Virus record (IMG/VR): IMGVR_UViG_3300042673_002246
DNA length: 64,000 bases
Reading direction: 5' to 3' (one strand)
From: a virus
Shown: in pieces, positions 32,631 to 42,071 of the stretch
Numbering within the stretch: position 1 is the stretch's first letter
How the letters are laid out: each line of letters starts with the position of its first letter
Program-made: the position numbers and the translations under genes
The notes under the pieces: model-generated
Seen by the model: only the letters and a program-made list of their open reading frames with translations
The model's database searches: none
Told to the model about the DNA's origin: nothing

Positions 32631-33275
32631 ATGCTCGCATCTATTTTTGACATCAAAACATATATGGACATCTCGCTTACTGCGAGGCAAGAAGACGCCG
32701 CGACAATGATTCTTGCCGGACTGCAGAGCGAGCTTGAGGGCTATCTAAAAAGACCGATTGAAGTTTCCGAATACACGGAAGAACATCGTCTCACTTCGTC
32801 TCACACCGGAATTCCGATGAGCACATTCCTTACAGCAAACGATAATACGTATAACTACGGTTTCGAAAGCAGTCCAAAATACGACATGACCACATGGGCT
32901 TCTCCACCCCCAGCAATTTATTTTAAAAATACACCAATATCGTCAATTACGGAAATAAAAGTAAAACCGCTATTTGGTGAAGAGCGAGTTCTTGAAGAAG
33001 AGACAGACTATGTAACTCGCCCATATGGGGTTGACTATTATTACGGATACGCAGACGATTTGGTCACAGTAACGTACGAAGCGGGATTGGACGGCTCAAC
33101 AATTCCGGTGTTTAAGTTAATGATTTTGCGTGCCGCCAGCAGAGAGATGCAAAATATGCACGATGACGTAGTATCCGTTAAAGACCTAAACACGAGGAAC
33201 ACCGGGCCACTGGTTACTGGATTCCTTGATTCTGAACTTATGGCAGTAAGAAAATACCGCAGAGTAAGGGTTTAA
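32631..33275 (+). CDS. Head-tail connector/adaptor protein
   Basis: DIKTYM...LEGYLKRPI...YTE...VTVTYEAG...L...RKYRRVRV pattern; first gene of the neck cluster. Confidence 0.7.
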   Translation: MLASIFDIKTYMDISLTARQEDAATMILAGLQSELEGYLKRPIEVSEYTEEHRLTSSHTGIPMSTFLTANDNTYNYGFESSPKYDMTTWASPPPAIYFKNTPISSITEIKVKPLFGEERVLEEETDYVTRPYGVDYYYGYADDLVTVTYEAGLDGSTIPVFKLMILRAASREMQNMHDDVVSVKDLNTRNTGPLVTGFLDSELMAVRKYRRVRV

Positions 33276-33772
33276 TGGTGGGCGGAGCTGTCCAATACAA
33301 AGTAATCATCAGAATAGATATTGATGAGGCAAAAGACAGGCTCGACAACATGCTTGACCGCATGAACGATTTCGGTCCAATTCTAAGACACGCTGGAGAA
33401 AAGCTCGAGCGCGTTTACTCTGAAAACTTTACGACCATGGGAGCAATGTCCGCAAAAGCAATGCTTCGCGGTGCCTGGCCACCGCTTGACCCACAGTACG
33501 CAGCATGGAAAGCAATGAGATATCCAGGCGCCCCACCATTGGTGCAGACCGGAGAATTGTTTCGCAGCGTATCCAACTTAACCAAAGGTCCAGTAAATTC
33601 AATAAGTGACCACGAAGCAGTATTTGGTGTTGTTGGAAAAATTCCAAAGTTCCATCAATACGGAACTGAAAACATGCCAGCTAGAAAAATAATTTTTGTT
33701 CCCAAAGATTTTGACAGAGATATGGGTAAAGCTGTCGCTCGCTATGTCACCGAGGGAAGCAAAATTATATGA
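33275..33772 (+). CDS. Virion morphogenesis protein (Mu gpG/tail-completion-like)
   Basis: WPPL...Y...K...PLVQTGELFRS...FHQYGT..MPARK. Confidence 0.8.
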   Translation: MVGGAVQYKVIIRIDIDEAKDRLDNMLDRMNDFGPILRHAGEKLERVYSENFTTMGAMSAKAMLRGAWPPLDPQYAAWKAMRYPGAPPLVQTGELFRSVSNLTKGPVNSISDHEAVFGVVGKIPKFHQYGTENMPARKIIFVPKDFDRDMGKAVARYVTEGSKII

Positions 33773-34410
33773 GCGATTTAATGAATGGCGTTCACTTTGC
33801 AAAAGAATATGTAAATTCATATCTCCAGCAAGACATACCGATAAGACTGGTTAGGTACAGAAACGGCTGGAACCTTCACTCCGGACAACTCCCTGACCCA
33901 GAGGACTACCTGGCCCATGAGCCATTGGCCATAGACCATTGGCCTTCGATAATTACCGTCGCTCTATCTACTGGACAAATGGAAAGAATTGGTTTTGCCG
34001 GGCCAGACCCCCTGTATCGAGTCTCGTACAACATGAGGACTTACGTTTGGGTTAGAACCGAAGGAACTGCAGAGACGACATTAATGCGAGATAGATTAAC
34101 AACTGTTGTTCGTTCTGCACTTTTGGACTACCCATGCTTAAAAGCATATGATTCAAGGACTTCTTTCAGGGCACTAATTGACGAATCAACCTTTCGTGAA
34201 GAGTTTTCGGACATTACCCTACTCAAGGGTGACCGGTTTATGGCTGGTGCATATATTGGTTATACATTAGAAATTGATGAAGTTGTGACGAGACTTGACA
34301 TCGGAACCATGGACGAACTTCGTTTGGTCGTTAAATCTGTCTCTTCTGATGGCGCACTTCCATCAATGCTGGACGATGAGAATCAATCGGCAAGCGTTTC
34401 GCTTGGTTAG
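33769..34410 (+). CDS. Probable tail terminator/neck protein
   Basis: Position just before the sheath; WPSII...YNMRTYVWV...RDRL pattern. Confidence 0.5.
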   Translation: MSDLMNGVHFAKEYVNSYLQQDIPIRLVRYRNGWNLHSGQLPDPEDYLAHEPLAIDHWPSIITVALSTGQMERIGFAGPDPLYRVSYNMRTYVWVRTEGTAETTLMRDRLTTVVRSALLDYPCLKAYDSRTSFRALIDESTFREEFSDITLLKGDRFMAGAYIGYTLEIDEVVTRLDIGTMDELRLVVKSVSSDGALPSMLDDENQSASVSLG

Positions 34411-34540
34411 TATCGCTCCAGTATGTTTGGATTTTTCAATTTTAAGTTAAATAGATAGTTGCATAAAATAAACACTCCCTATCTGTACAATTGAAATCAA
34501 CATACGGGATTCAACCCCAATACCGAATTAGGAAGGTCCT

Positions 34541-35995
34541 ATGCCTGGTGTAGTGATTTCAACTTCAGTAAGAACCGGCCCGTCAACGGCAACGGTTCGG
34601 CAGTCTTCGCAGCTCTTCATTGTTGGCCTCGCGGAGCGTGGACCATCAACAGAGGCGGTGCTTGTAGAGAGCATCGCAGAATTCGAAGATGTTTTTGGCC
34701 CATACAAGTCAGACTCATACCTTCACCCATTGGTCGAGTGCTTCTTTGAAGAAGGCGGCACGCGCGCATATGTTGCTCGTGCAGTTGGTGCTTCGGCAAC
34801 AGTTGGTGAATTGACACTTCAGTCTGGCGGCGATGACGCAATGACAATCACGGCAAATGGTGCTGGCGATTGGTCATCAGACATTGAAGTTCAAGTAGAA
34901 CACCCATCGGGTTCAACATTCAAAGTTAACTTGTTCTTTGAAGATAGTCTTGTCTACACAACTGGAACAGTTTCATCCGTTCCGCAGGCTGTAGGTAGAA
35001 TCAATTTGAGCGCAGTCGCATCGCGCTACGTTGTTGCTTCAGTTGATGACGAAACACTTATCCCAGCCGTTCTTGCAGCCACAGCTCTTTCAGCTGGTGA
35101 TGCAAATCAATCATCAGTAACGGATTCCACATATACAAGTGCTCTTGAGCTGTTTAATGACGCACTTGGAACAGGTGCTGTTGCATGTGCTGATTCTTAC
35201 TCGAACACAATTAGCGCAAACCTGGTTACACATGCAAATGCGTACAGCAGAATCGCTCTTCTGTACCCAGCAGAAAATGCAACTGCCGCAAACGCAAAGA
35301 CACTTGCAACAACTATCCAAGCAGCAGACCATGCAGAACATGCAGCCGTTTACCATCCTTGGGTGCAAGTTCCCACAACGGTTGCCGGTGTTACTCGTTT
35401 CATTCCGCCAGTTGGATATGTTGCTGGTAAGCGTGCAGCTGCACACAACCAAACAGGTCCACATCTACCAGCCGCTGGTTTGATTTCTTCCGCACGATTC
35501 GTGAGCGGATTGAAGACAGACATCAACAAGACAGTTGGCGATGACCTAGATGAGTACTCAGTAAATGCACTCAGAATTATCCAGAACACGGTTCGTATCT
35601 ATGGTGCGCGCTCATGTTCATCAGACACAGACAACTTCCGCTACATCACGCAGCAAGATGTTGTCAACTCAATCGTGTCAGAGTGCTACAGAAGCCTTGA
35701 GGACCTAGTGTTCAGCCCAATTGATGGCAGAAACACAATCTTCGCAAACGTCGAGGCTCGCCTCGTTGTAATTCTTGCAGCAATGCGCGACCTTGGTGCT
35801 CTTTACCCAGCGTTCGACGTAAATGGCAAGCAACTCGACAACGGTTACACCGTGAAGTGCGATACATCGATTAACCCAGCGTCACAACTTCAGACAGGTC
35901 TCGTCAAGGCGAGAGTCGGTTTGCGAGTAAGCAGCGTTGGTGACCAAATCGAAATCGATATCGTCAAGTCCAACCTAACCGCGTCAGTGGTATAA
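34541..35995 (+). CDS. Tail sheath protein
   Basis: MPGVVI, GLAERGP, FFEEGG..AYVAR, AVYHPW, PPVGYVAG, VNALR...IYGARS, LVFSPID. Confidence 0.92.
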   Translation: MPGVVISTSVRTGPSTATVRQSSQLFIVGLAERGPSTEAVLVESIAEFEDVFGPYKSDSYLHPLVECFFEEGGTRAYVARAVGASATVGELTLQSGGDDAMTITANGAGDWSSDIEVQVEHPSGSTFKVNLFFEDSLVYTTGTVSSVPQAVGRINLSAVASRYVVASVDDETLIPAVLAATALSAGDANQSSVTDSTYTSALELFNDALGTGAVACADSYSNTISANLVTHANAYSRIALLYPAENATAANAKTLATTIQAADHAEHAAVYHPWVQVPTTVAGVTRFIPPVGYVAGKRAAAHNQTGPHLPAAGLISSARFVSGLKTDINKTVGDDLDEYSVNALRIIQNTVRIYGARSCSSDTDNFRYITQQDVVNSIVSECYRSLEDLVFSPIDGRNTIFANVEARLVVILAAMRDLGALYPAFDVNGKQLDNGYTVKCDTSINPASQLQTGLVKARVGLRVSSVGDQIEIDIVKSNLTASVV

Positions 35996-36009
35996 CGGAG
36001 GAATAAACA

Positions 36010-36513
36010 ATGGCCAAAATAGCACAGCGTCAAGTACTTGCGGAAATTTTCCCAAGCAACTTCGCCAACAACGCCAAGCAGCAGACAAACGTTCAGACGA
36101 ACCTGCCTAAGTGGACAGGATTCAAGTTTGCTCAGGTGTCGGGTGGCGAAATCACAGCCTCTGTAGAAAAAATCTACGAGGGTGGAAAGTCTCGCCCAAC
36201 AGTTCTGTGTGCTCCTTCTGAAATAGGTGACATCACCTTGACAGCCCACTACGACGACGATAACGTCGCAGCCGATACGGCTGCAGGTATTGCGGCAAAG
36301 ATTCAGACGCTGCGCAAGTATGTCGGTGTTGCTTACTACAACATTACGGTATCTACTTACGACTGCGACATCAAGGACCCAACAAACGACCGCTACTACT
36401 ACGATGCGCTGTTGGTTGGTATTACGGAGCCAGAGGGCGACTCGTCCTCGGGTGCTCCAGCTACCTTTGCTTTGACTTTCGCAATCTCAGACGTAACGTC
36501 AACATCTCGCTAA
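36010..36513 (+). CDS. Tail tube protein
   Basis: Follows the sheath; FAQVSGGEI...GDITLT...EPEGDSSSG...FALTF. Confidence 0.8.
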   Translation: MAKIAQRQVLAEIFPSNFANNAKQQTNVQTNLPKWTGFKFAQVSGGEITASVEKIYEGGKSRPTVLCAPSEIGDITLTAHYDDDNVAADTAAGIAAKIQTLRKYVGVAYYNITVSTYDCDIKDPTNDRYYYDALLVGITEPEGDSSSGAPATFALTFAISDVTSTSR

Positions 36514-36545
36514 ATTTGCTAGTTGCGCCACGAGGCGCACTGGTG

Positions 36546-36554
36546 TGATAGTTT
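36546..36554 (+). promoter_or_regulatory. Putative leaderless extended -10 promoter (TGaTAGTTT, 7 nt to ATG 36562)
   Basis: Spacing to ATG and absence of SD. Confidence 0.45.
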
Positions 36555-36561
36555 CTCATAC

Positions 36562-37113
36562 ATGAGCGACAACACACTTTACACATCAGACGAAAACGAG
36601 CCAGCACGCAAGAAGGCAACAAAGGATGCTCAGTCATCCGGCCTTGTGCAGACCAAGGAAGAGTCACAACTAGAGCGTCTTCGCGCTGTGGTGAAGAAGA
36701 AGGTTGAACGTTCCTACGTTCTTATCCCTGTTCCGGAACGACCTGGCGTGAGCATCAAAGTGAGCCCAAATATCACGCAAAGCCAAATGAAGAATTGGCG
36801 CAAAAATGCAGGTGAAGATTCGCGCAACGGTCTCGATGCAACAAAGTTTGCTTGCTTGGTTATCGGTCACACCGCAACCGGAATCTTTATTGACGACGAA
36901 GAGGTGTTTGACGAAAATGGCAATTTCTTGAATTTCGCACATCCGATAATTCTCGAAATGACAGAGGCAGCACGCCCTGTTCCAGACGCAGTTCGTGCGA
37001 TGTTTGGCGTTGACCCACACGTGGAGTCTGCAGCACTTGCAATTCTTGATGCCGCTGGATATTCGGATACGGTCGCAGCAGTGGACCCTACGAAGGAGTC
37101 TTCAGCGAATTAG
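36562..37113 (+). CDS. Tail assembly chaperone (G-type; start revised to 36562)
   Basis: Between tube and tape measure; ends VDPTKESSAN. Confidence 0.75.
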   Translation: MSDNTLYTSDENEPARKKATKDAQSSGLVQTKEESQLERLRAVVKKKVERSYVLIPVPERPGVSIKVSPNITQSQMKNWRKNAGEDSRNGLDATKFACLVIGHTATGIFIDDEEVFDENGNFLNFAHPIILEMTEAARPVPDAVRAMFGVDPHVESAALAILDAAGYSDTVAAVDPTKESSAN

Positions 37114-37283
37114 TTGAAGATTCCGCAATAAAGTCAGCAGCTCGACTCGGTGAGCTGTTCCACACAAATCCGCTAGACCTATTGGCTGTAGAGGATGTTG
37201 ACTGGTTGATGCTTTTGGCCTGTGCTAAAGTTATATCTAACGACCGCGAAGAGCAAGAGCGTAAGTCGAAGACTCAGAGGTAG
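37086..37283 (+). CDS. Tail assembly chaperone, frameshifted extension (T-type; -1 frame)
   Basis: Open -1 frame ...ELVEDSAIKSAARLGELFHTNPLDLL...WLMLLACAKVI...QR* overlapping the chaperone end; no good start of its own; not in track. Confidence 0.72.
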   Translation, partial: PYEGVFSELVEDSAIKSAARLGELFHTNPLDLLAVEDVDWLMLLACAKVISNDREEQERKSKTQR

Positions 37284-37358
37284 TACGGGAAACCCCAGAA
37301 ACCCCATAGCTCGGCAGTTCCTTACACTCACGTGACTTAAAACTCACCTGGAGCAGTA

Positions 37359-40300
37359 ATGGCCGACGAGACAGTCAATATAAAAATAAAGATTGATGCG
37401 AAGACTCGTGAACTTCGCAAGGTCATGGCTGAGCTTGGCGCGCTCAAGAAGATGGAGCGCCGTTTTGCTAGCGGTAGAACCATTGAAAACTACGCCCAAT
37501 CCACCACCCGAAGTATTTCAGGTATGGCGTCAAAGTGGAAACGCAGTTTCGATGAAATAGATGCTGCTACCAAGATGACTGGAAAGTTTCTTGGTGGCTT
37601 CTTGAAGCTCGCCATTAAGAGCGTAATTATAGAAATGGCGCTACTTTCAGCAACAATGATTGGAGTTCACGCACTCTTCAAGGCTGGTCAATTCTTGGTC
37701 AAGGCGTACCAAGGAGCTATGCAGTTTTTAGCTGGTGGGGCTGCCGCAGCTGCGATGGCAATAGGAACAGTTGCTGCAGCAATACGTGAGCAGCAGGCAG
37801 CAATGTTTGCATATAGAGGAAAGGGAGCAAAAGAGTTCGGTTCATCCATGAATCAAACGAGAATGGCAATGCGAAACCTTCAATCAGATGTTTCGCTTGC
37901 AGGACTTGGTGTCGATTCGCTGAACAAGGCATTTGGCGTTATGTCTAAGACCATGAATATGGCGCAGATAAATGCGAGCAATAAAACAATCCGAGCTTTG
38001 ATGGATTTTGGTTCAGCAGGACAGGACCCAGCAAAAGCTGTTGAACAAGTTGCCGCAGTAGTCGCTGCTCTCTCTGACCAGAAAAAGGGAATCGGCGAGG
38101 TAATGGCCGAAGCAAAAAAACTCGGTCCAGAAATGCAAAAAGCACTGAAAGATGCGAATATTAAAACGAAAGACCAGTTTAAAGAGCTTTTATTTTCTGG
38201 AAAGCTTGCTGAAAAAGGAGGTGTTGCTGGACAGTTTGAAGCAGTAAACAACACACTCATCGGACAACTTAAAGCATATTTCGGAGTAATCCGTAGCGAA
38301 TTTGCAGACTTCGGCGACCAGTTCCTTGAGCCAACCAAAAAAGCATTTGAAGAAGTATTTGGGATTATACGAAGAGACCTTGCTCGAGCAAGCGCAGCAA
38401 TTGCCGGAGGTCCTGGATTCGATTCATTTACCGGTGGTTTTGTAACGGCAATAGACAAGCTGTCCAACTGGATGGTCACGATGTTGCGGGAGTATTTACC
38501 AAAAGCACAAGGAATGTTTGAAAGAATGGGCAATTGGTTTTCTAACTTCCGCCGTGGTTGGAACTTGCTTCTCGATAAGCTACGACCTCTCATAGATGGC
38601 GCTAGAGTTTTGTACAAAGCGTGGGACCCAATCTGGGAAGCCATTAAGCGTGGCGCAGACAACCTTACTCTTTTCAGAGAATTGCTTATCAAGAATGAAG
38701 ACAGTGTTGCCGAATTTGGGCAGCGCATAGGCGACTTGATTGACAGCTTGGCTAAATATTTCATGAACATGAAAAAAATGTTTGCTGACATGGCTCCTTT
38801 TATAAACGACCTTCTCGCCGGAGTAAAAATGATGTTCGACCTTTTGTCGAAAATGCAAACTCTCGGTGCTGGAAATGGTCTTGCGTCCGCCCTTGCGCCT
38901 CTATTTGGTTTTGCTATAGCGGCACGAGGAATGAAGAGCGTTAAGGGCATGATGATGCCTGGCGTCGGCGCAATGAGTACCCAGCAAATGAACGTAACAG
39001 CAGGAACAGTAAATGTTGGAAGTGCTGCACTTACAGGACCAACTGGCCCTTCGGAAATGTCAAGACTCGCCAGCGGAGGAAGGGCTGCAGCTGTCAGTGG
39101 TTCGCCGGAAGCAAAAAAGGGTCTCGCCTCAGGACTGGCTACTGCTGGTATGGCATCGAAAGCTGGAGGTTCACCGAAAGAATTTCCAGGAGCTGGCTCC
39201 ATTACTCCATCCACCGGATTCTTTCAGGCCCTTGGCATAGGGTATCGAGAGCCAACCAATAACGGGATGGCAGCAGCAACAGCCCGAAGGATTGAGGGAT
39301 ACGCACGGCGTCGCGATGCTGCGCTCGGGTTTACAACTGGCCCTGGCATTGGTTCGCGAATTGGTGCATCAATCATGGCACGCACTAGGGACTATGCATC
39401 AGCAGCAGCAATGACCCCGGCAGAAAGGGGTGGTCTCAGCGCATCAGAATATGCCGCTGGCGGAGTTGGTGGTGGCGCTACATACGGAGAAGCAATGCGC
39501 AACTCAATGACGAGGGCCGGAGCGCATGTTCGTTATGGGGCACTTGCAGGAGCCGATAGGGCTCAACTATTTGCGCGAAGAGTTGGTACTGCTGCTTCAC
39601 GCGGCATGGACTACATGAGACAGGCTGCATATGACCCAAATCTAAAAAATGCTGACGGACAAACCGTGGGTGGATATGTAAACCTCCAGGAACAAAGAAA
39701 TGCCATACGAGCAAACCGAGATTCAGCAATCGATGCACGCGGCGGAAAATTTCTCGCAAGGCAAGCAGAAAATATACGTGCCATGCGACAGAATTTACGC
39801 TTAGAAAGAAACATGACAAAATTCGGTGCAGCGCAGCAGAAATTCGGTAAGAGCTTCGGTGGTCGAATGGGTACTGCGATGGGGCTTGGAATGGCCAGCC
39901 AGTATGCGCCAGAAGAAATGCGTGGAGCAATGGCGCTCGGCGCAACCGTATCGCAGCTTGACCCGCGACTTGGTATCGCGGTAGCTGGTATAGGTGGCGC
40001 CATGACTGCTCGTGGCGGACTCAAAGGCGGCCTTGCTGGAGCAGCTGGCGGAGCAGCGCTCGGCGCGCAGTTCGGAGGAGCATACGGAGCACTGGCTGGT
40101 GCGGTAATCGGAGGAGTATTTGGCGTAATCAAAGGCAGCATAAATAAAGGTGCTTATGAAATGAAGCAAGCCAGAGAAGTAGCTCGTGAAAGTATCAGGC
40201 AAATATTTTCCGGCATTGCAACTGCTGCTGGAACACAATTTGAAAGAAATAAAAGAACATACGAAGCTGGCGGCATGTTAAGCGGTGGCGGTGCGTTCGG

Positions 40301-42071
40301 CGATGTCGCCAAAGATTTTGTTTCCAGGAGGATGCGTGCAGCCACGGGAATACTCGCAATCTCAAGAACACAAAAACAAAAGGATTTGTATGGGAAGGGT
40401 GGCGGTCAAAAAACAATTGAAGAAGTCTTTCAGGAAGTATATGCAAATCAAGAGAAGCTAGGAATCAGCATTCCAAAAAGCAAATACGAAGAAATAATGG
40501 GCAAGGGCAAATCCGGCAGAGATAAGCGTGCATATGGGTTTTTGAATGAACTTGGTTTTTCAGGTGTACAAGACGATAATCCATTTTTTCCAGATGACTA
40601 CAGCAGTATGGAAAATGCAAGCATTGATGCAAAATTTCTTGCAAAAATGCAAGGATTTAAAGACATAGACAAGCAGGGCGACCTGCGCATGCAGTACCTT
40701 ACAAAAATCACTGGAAAAAGCGGTGCGGAATTAGAAATTCTTGCAAAAAATCTTGGTGTAAACATATACGACCCGACGGTTAAATTCAATGAATTGTTAA
40801 AAGCGCTTGGCGAGAATGTTGTGAAAACAGCGCAAGAACTCAAAAATGCATTTGTTGATTTGTTCCTTGCAGCTGGAGATATATTTAGAAAACGTCGTGA
40901 AGGAAGAGAGTCCATACTTGCAATAAATTCTTCATCTCGAGGCCTTCGAGACACGCTTGTTTCAGGAGGCTTGAGTGATACAGAAAAAACTGTTGCCGTA
41001 GAAGGTTATTTTGAAAATTATTTCCAGCAGATATTGGCCTCAACCGGTGGAGACCCTGTCGAAGCTTATCTTGCCACAGTTGGTTCATTTGGTACAGAAG
41101 GACAGGGCGTATATGCGCCTGGTCAGGTATTCGAGGGACAATATGGGGCCATTAATCCAAGCTACCAAACTGGAATACAAGAAGTTAAAAAAGGAATAGG
41201 AAATCAATACGGTGGTCAATTGCAGGCCATGCTTGGAGAATTAGGTTTTAACACTGACGCAAATATGGCTTCTCGACTAATCAGCGGTTTGAGCGACCAG
41301 GATATGACGAAGTTCTTGAATCTAACAAATAGGGGTGCGCTATTTACTGGAGATAAAGGCGACTATACAGACGAGGACATAAGAAACATTCTATCGACGG
41401 TTGGTCTTGGTGGACTAGCGCTTGAACGGACACCAGAAGAAGCACTTAATGAAATTGCCAACAAGACTGCCGACTTAGCTACGGCATCAGAAGGACTGAA
41501 GTCCGCAGTTGAAGAATTCAATGGATACCTAGATGGATTCTTTGAAAACATGCAGGATAAACCAGAGTGGTGGTCAAAGTCTGCAATGGCTGAAATTATG
41601 AACCAGGACACCACAACTCCGCGTGGTGATACAACTTCAAGCAGGCTTTCGCAGACAATGGCCCGTCACGCAGCAATGGACAGCCAACTAACTGGCAAAC
41701 GAAACGTAACATCCGCCTACAGAACAGTCGGACTTGGCTCAATCAATTCAGACCATGTAACCGGAAGAGCGTATGACCTTACTGGCCAAAACCTTGGCGC
41801 ATACTCGCGTCTTGTTCACGAAAACGGCGGGTTTGCAGAGTTCCACGGAACGCAAGCAAATCGACACCTACATGTAGTCCCAGCTAGAGCTGGAGACACT
41901 TCATCTCCCATGGCGCCTATGGGGATGTCAACAATGACAGCAGGTAGTGGTGGAAGCACAAACTACTTCAACATCGAGATTAATGGAGCAACGCAGTCAC
42001 CAGAGGCAATCGCAAACATGGTGATGGCAAAGATTGCTGAAAAAGAAAGAAACGCCAGGGAGCGTAGCTAA
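37359..42071 (+). CDS. Tape measure protein with C-terminal M15-like peptidoglycan peptidase
   Basis: 1570 aa, Ala/Gly-rich helical with hydrophobic segments; SAYR...SDHVTGRAYDL...HLHV. Confidence 0.88.
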   Translation: MADETVNIKIKIDAKTRELRKVMAELGALKKMERRFASGRTIENYAQSTTRSISGMASKWKRSFDEIDAATKMTGKFLGGFLKLAIKSVIIEMALLSATMIGVHALFKAGQFLVKAYQGAMQFLAGGAAAAAMAIGTVAAAIREQQAAMFAYRGKGAKEFGSSMNQTRMAMRNLQSDVSLAGLGVDSLNKAFGVMSKTMNMAQINASNKTIRALMDFGSAGQDPAKAVEQVAAVVAALSDQKKGIGEVMAEAKKLGPEMQKALKDANIKTKDQFKELLFSGKLAEKGGVAGQFEAVNNTLIGQLKAYFGVIRSEFADFGDQFLEPTKKAFEEVFGIIRRDLARASAAIAGGPGFDSFTGGFVTAIDKLSNWMVTMLREYLPKAQGMFERMGNWFSNFRRGWNLLLDKLRPLIDGARVLYKAWDPIWEAIKRGADNLTLFRELLIKNEDSVAEFGQRIGDLIDSLAKYFMNMKKMFADMAPFINDLLAGVKMMFDLLSKMQTLGAGNGLASALAPLFGFAIAARGMKSVKGMMMPGVGAMSTQQMNVTAGTVNVGSAALTGPTGPSEMSRLASGGRAAAVSGSPEAKKGLASGLATAGMASKAGGSPKEFPGAGSITPSTGFFQALGIGYREPTNNGMAAATARRIEGYARRRDAALGFTTGPGIGSRIGASIMARTRDYASAAAMTPAERGGLSASEYAAGGVGGGATYGEAMRNSMTRAGAHVRYGALAGADRAQLFARRVGTAASRGMDYMRQAAYDPNLKNADGQTVGGYVNLQEQRNAIRANRDSAIDARGGKFLARQAENIRAMRQNLRLERNMTKFGAAQQKFGKSFGGRMGTAMGLGMASQYAPEEMRGAMALGATVSQLDPRLGIAVAGIGGAMTARGGLKGGLAGAAGGAALGAQFGGAYGALAGAVIGGVFGVIKGSINKGAYEMKQAREVARESIRQIFSGIATAAGTQFERNKRTYEAGGMLSGGGAFGDVAKDFVSRRMRAATGILAISRTQKQKDLYGKGGGQKTIEEVFQEVYANQEKLGISIPKSKYEEIMGKGKSGRDKRAYGFLNELGFSGVQDDNPFFPDDYSSMENASIDAKFLAKMQGFKDIDKQGDLRMQYLTKITGKSGAELEILAKNLGVNIYDPTVKFNELLKALGENVVKTAQELKNAFVDLFLAAGDIFRKRREGRESILAINSSSRGLRDTLVSGGLSDTEKTVAVEGYFENYFQQILASTGGDPVEAYLATVGSFGTEGQGVYAPGQVFEGQYGAINPSYQTGIQEVKKGIGNQYGGQLQAMLGELGFNTDANMASRLISGLSDQDMTKFLNLTNRGALFTGDKGDYTDEDIRNILSTVGLGGLALERTPEEALNEIANKTADLATASEGLKSAVEEFNGYLDGFFENMQDKPEWWSKSAMAEIMNQDTTTPRGDTTSSRLSQTMARHAAMDSQLTGKRNVTSAYRTVGLGSINSDHVTGRAYDLTGQNLGAYSRLVHENGGFAEFHGTQANRHLHVVPARAGDTSSPMAPMGMSTMTAGSGGSTNYFNIEINGATQSPEAIANMVMAKIAEKERNARERS

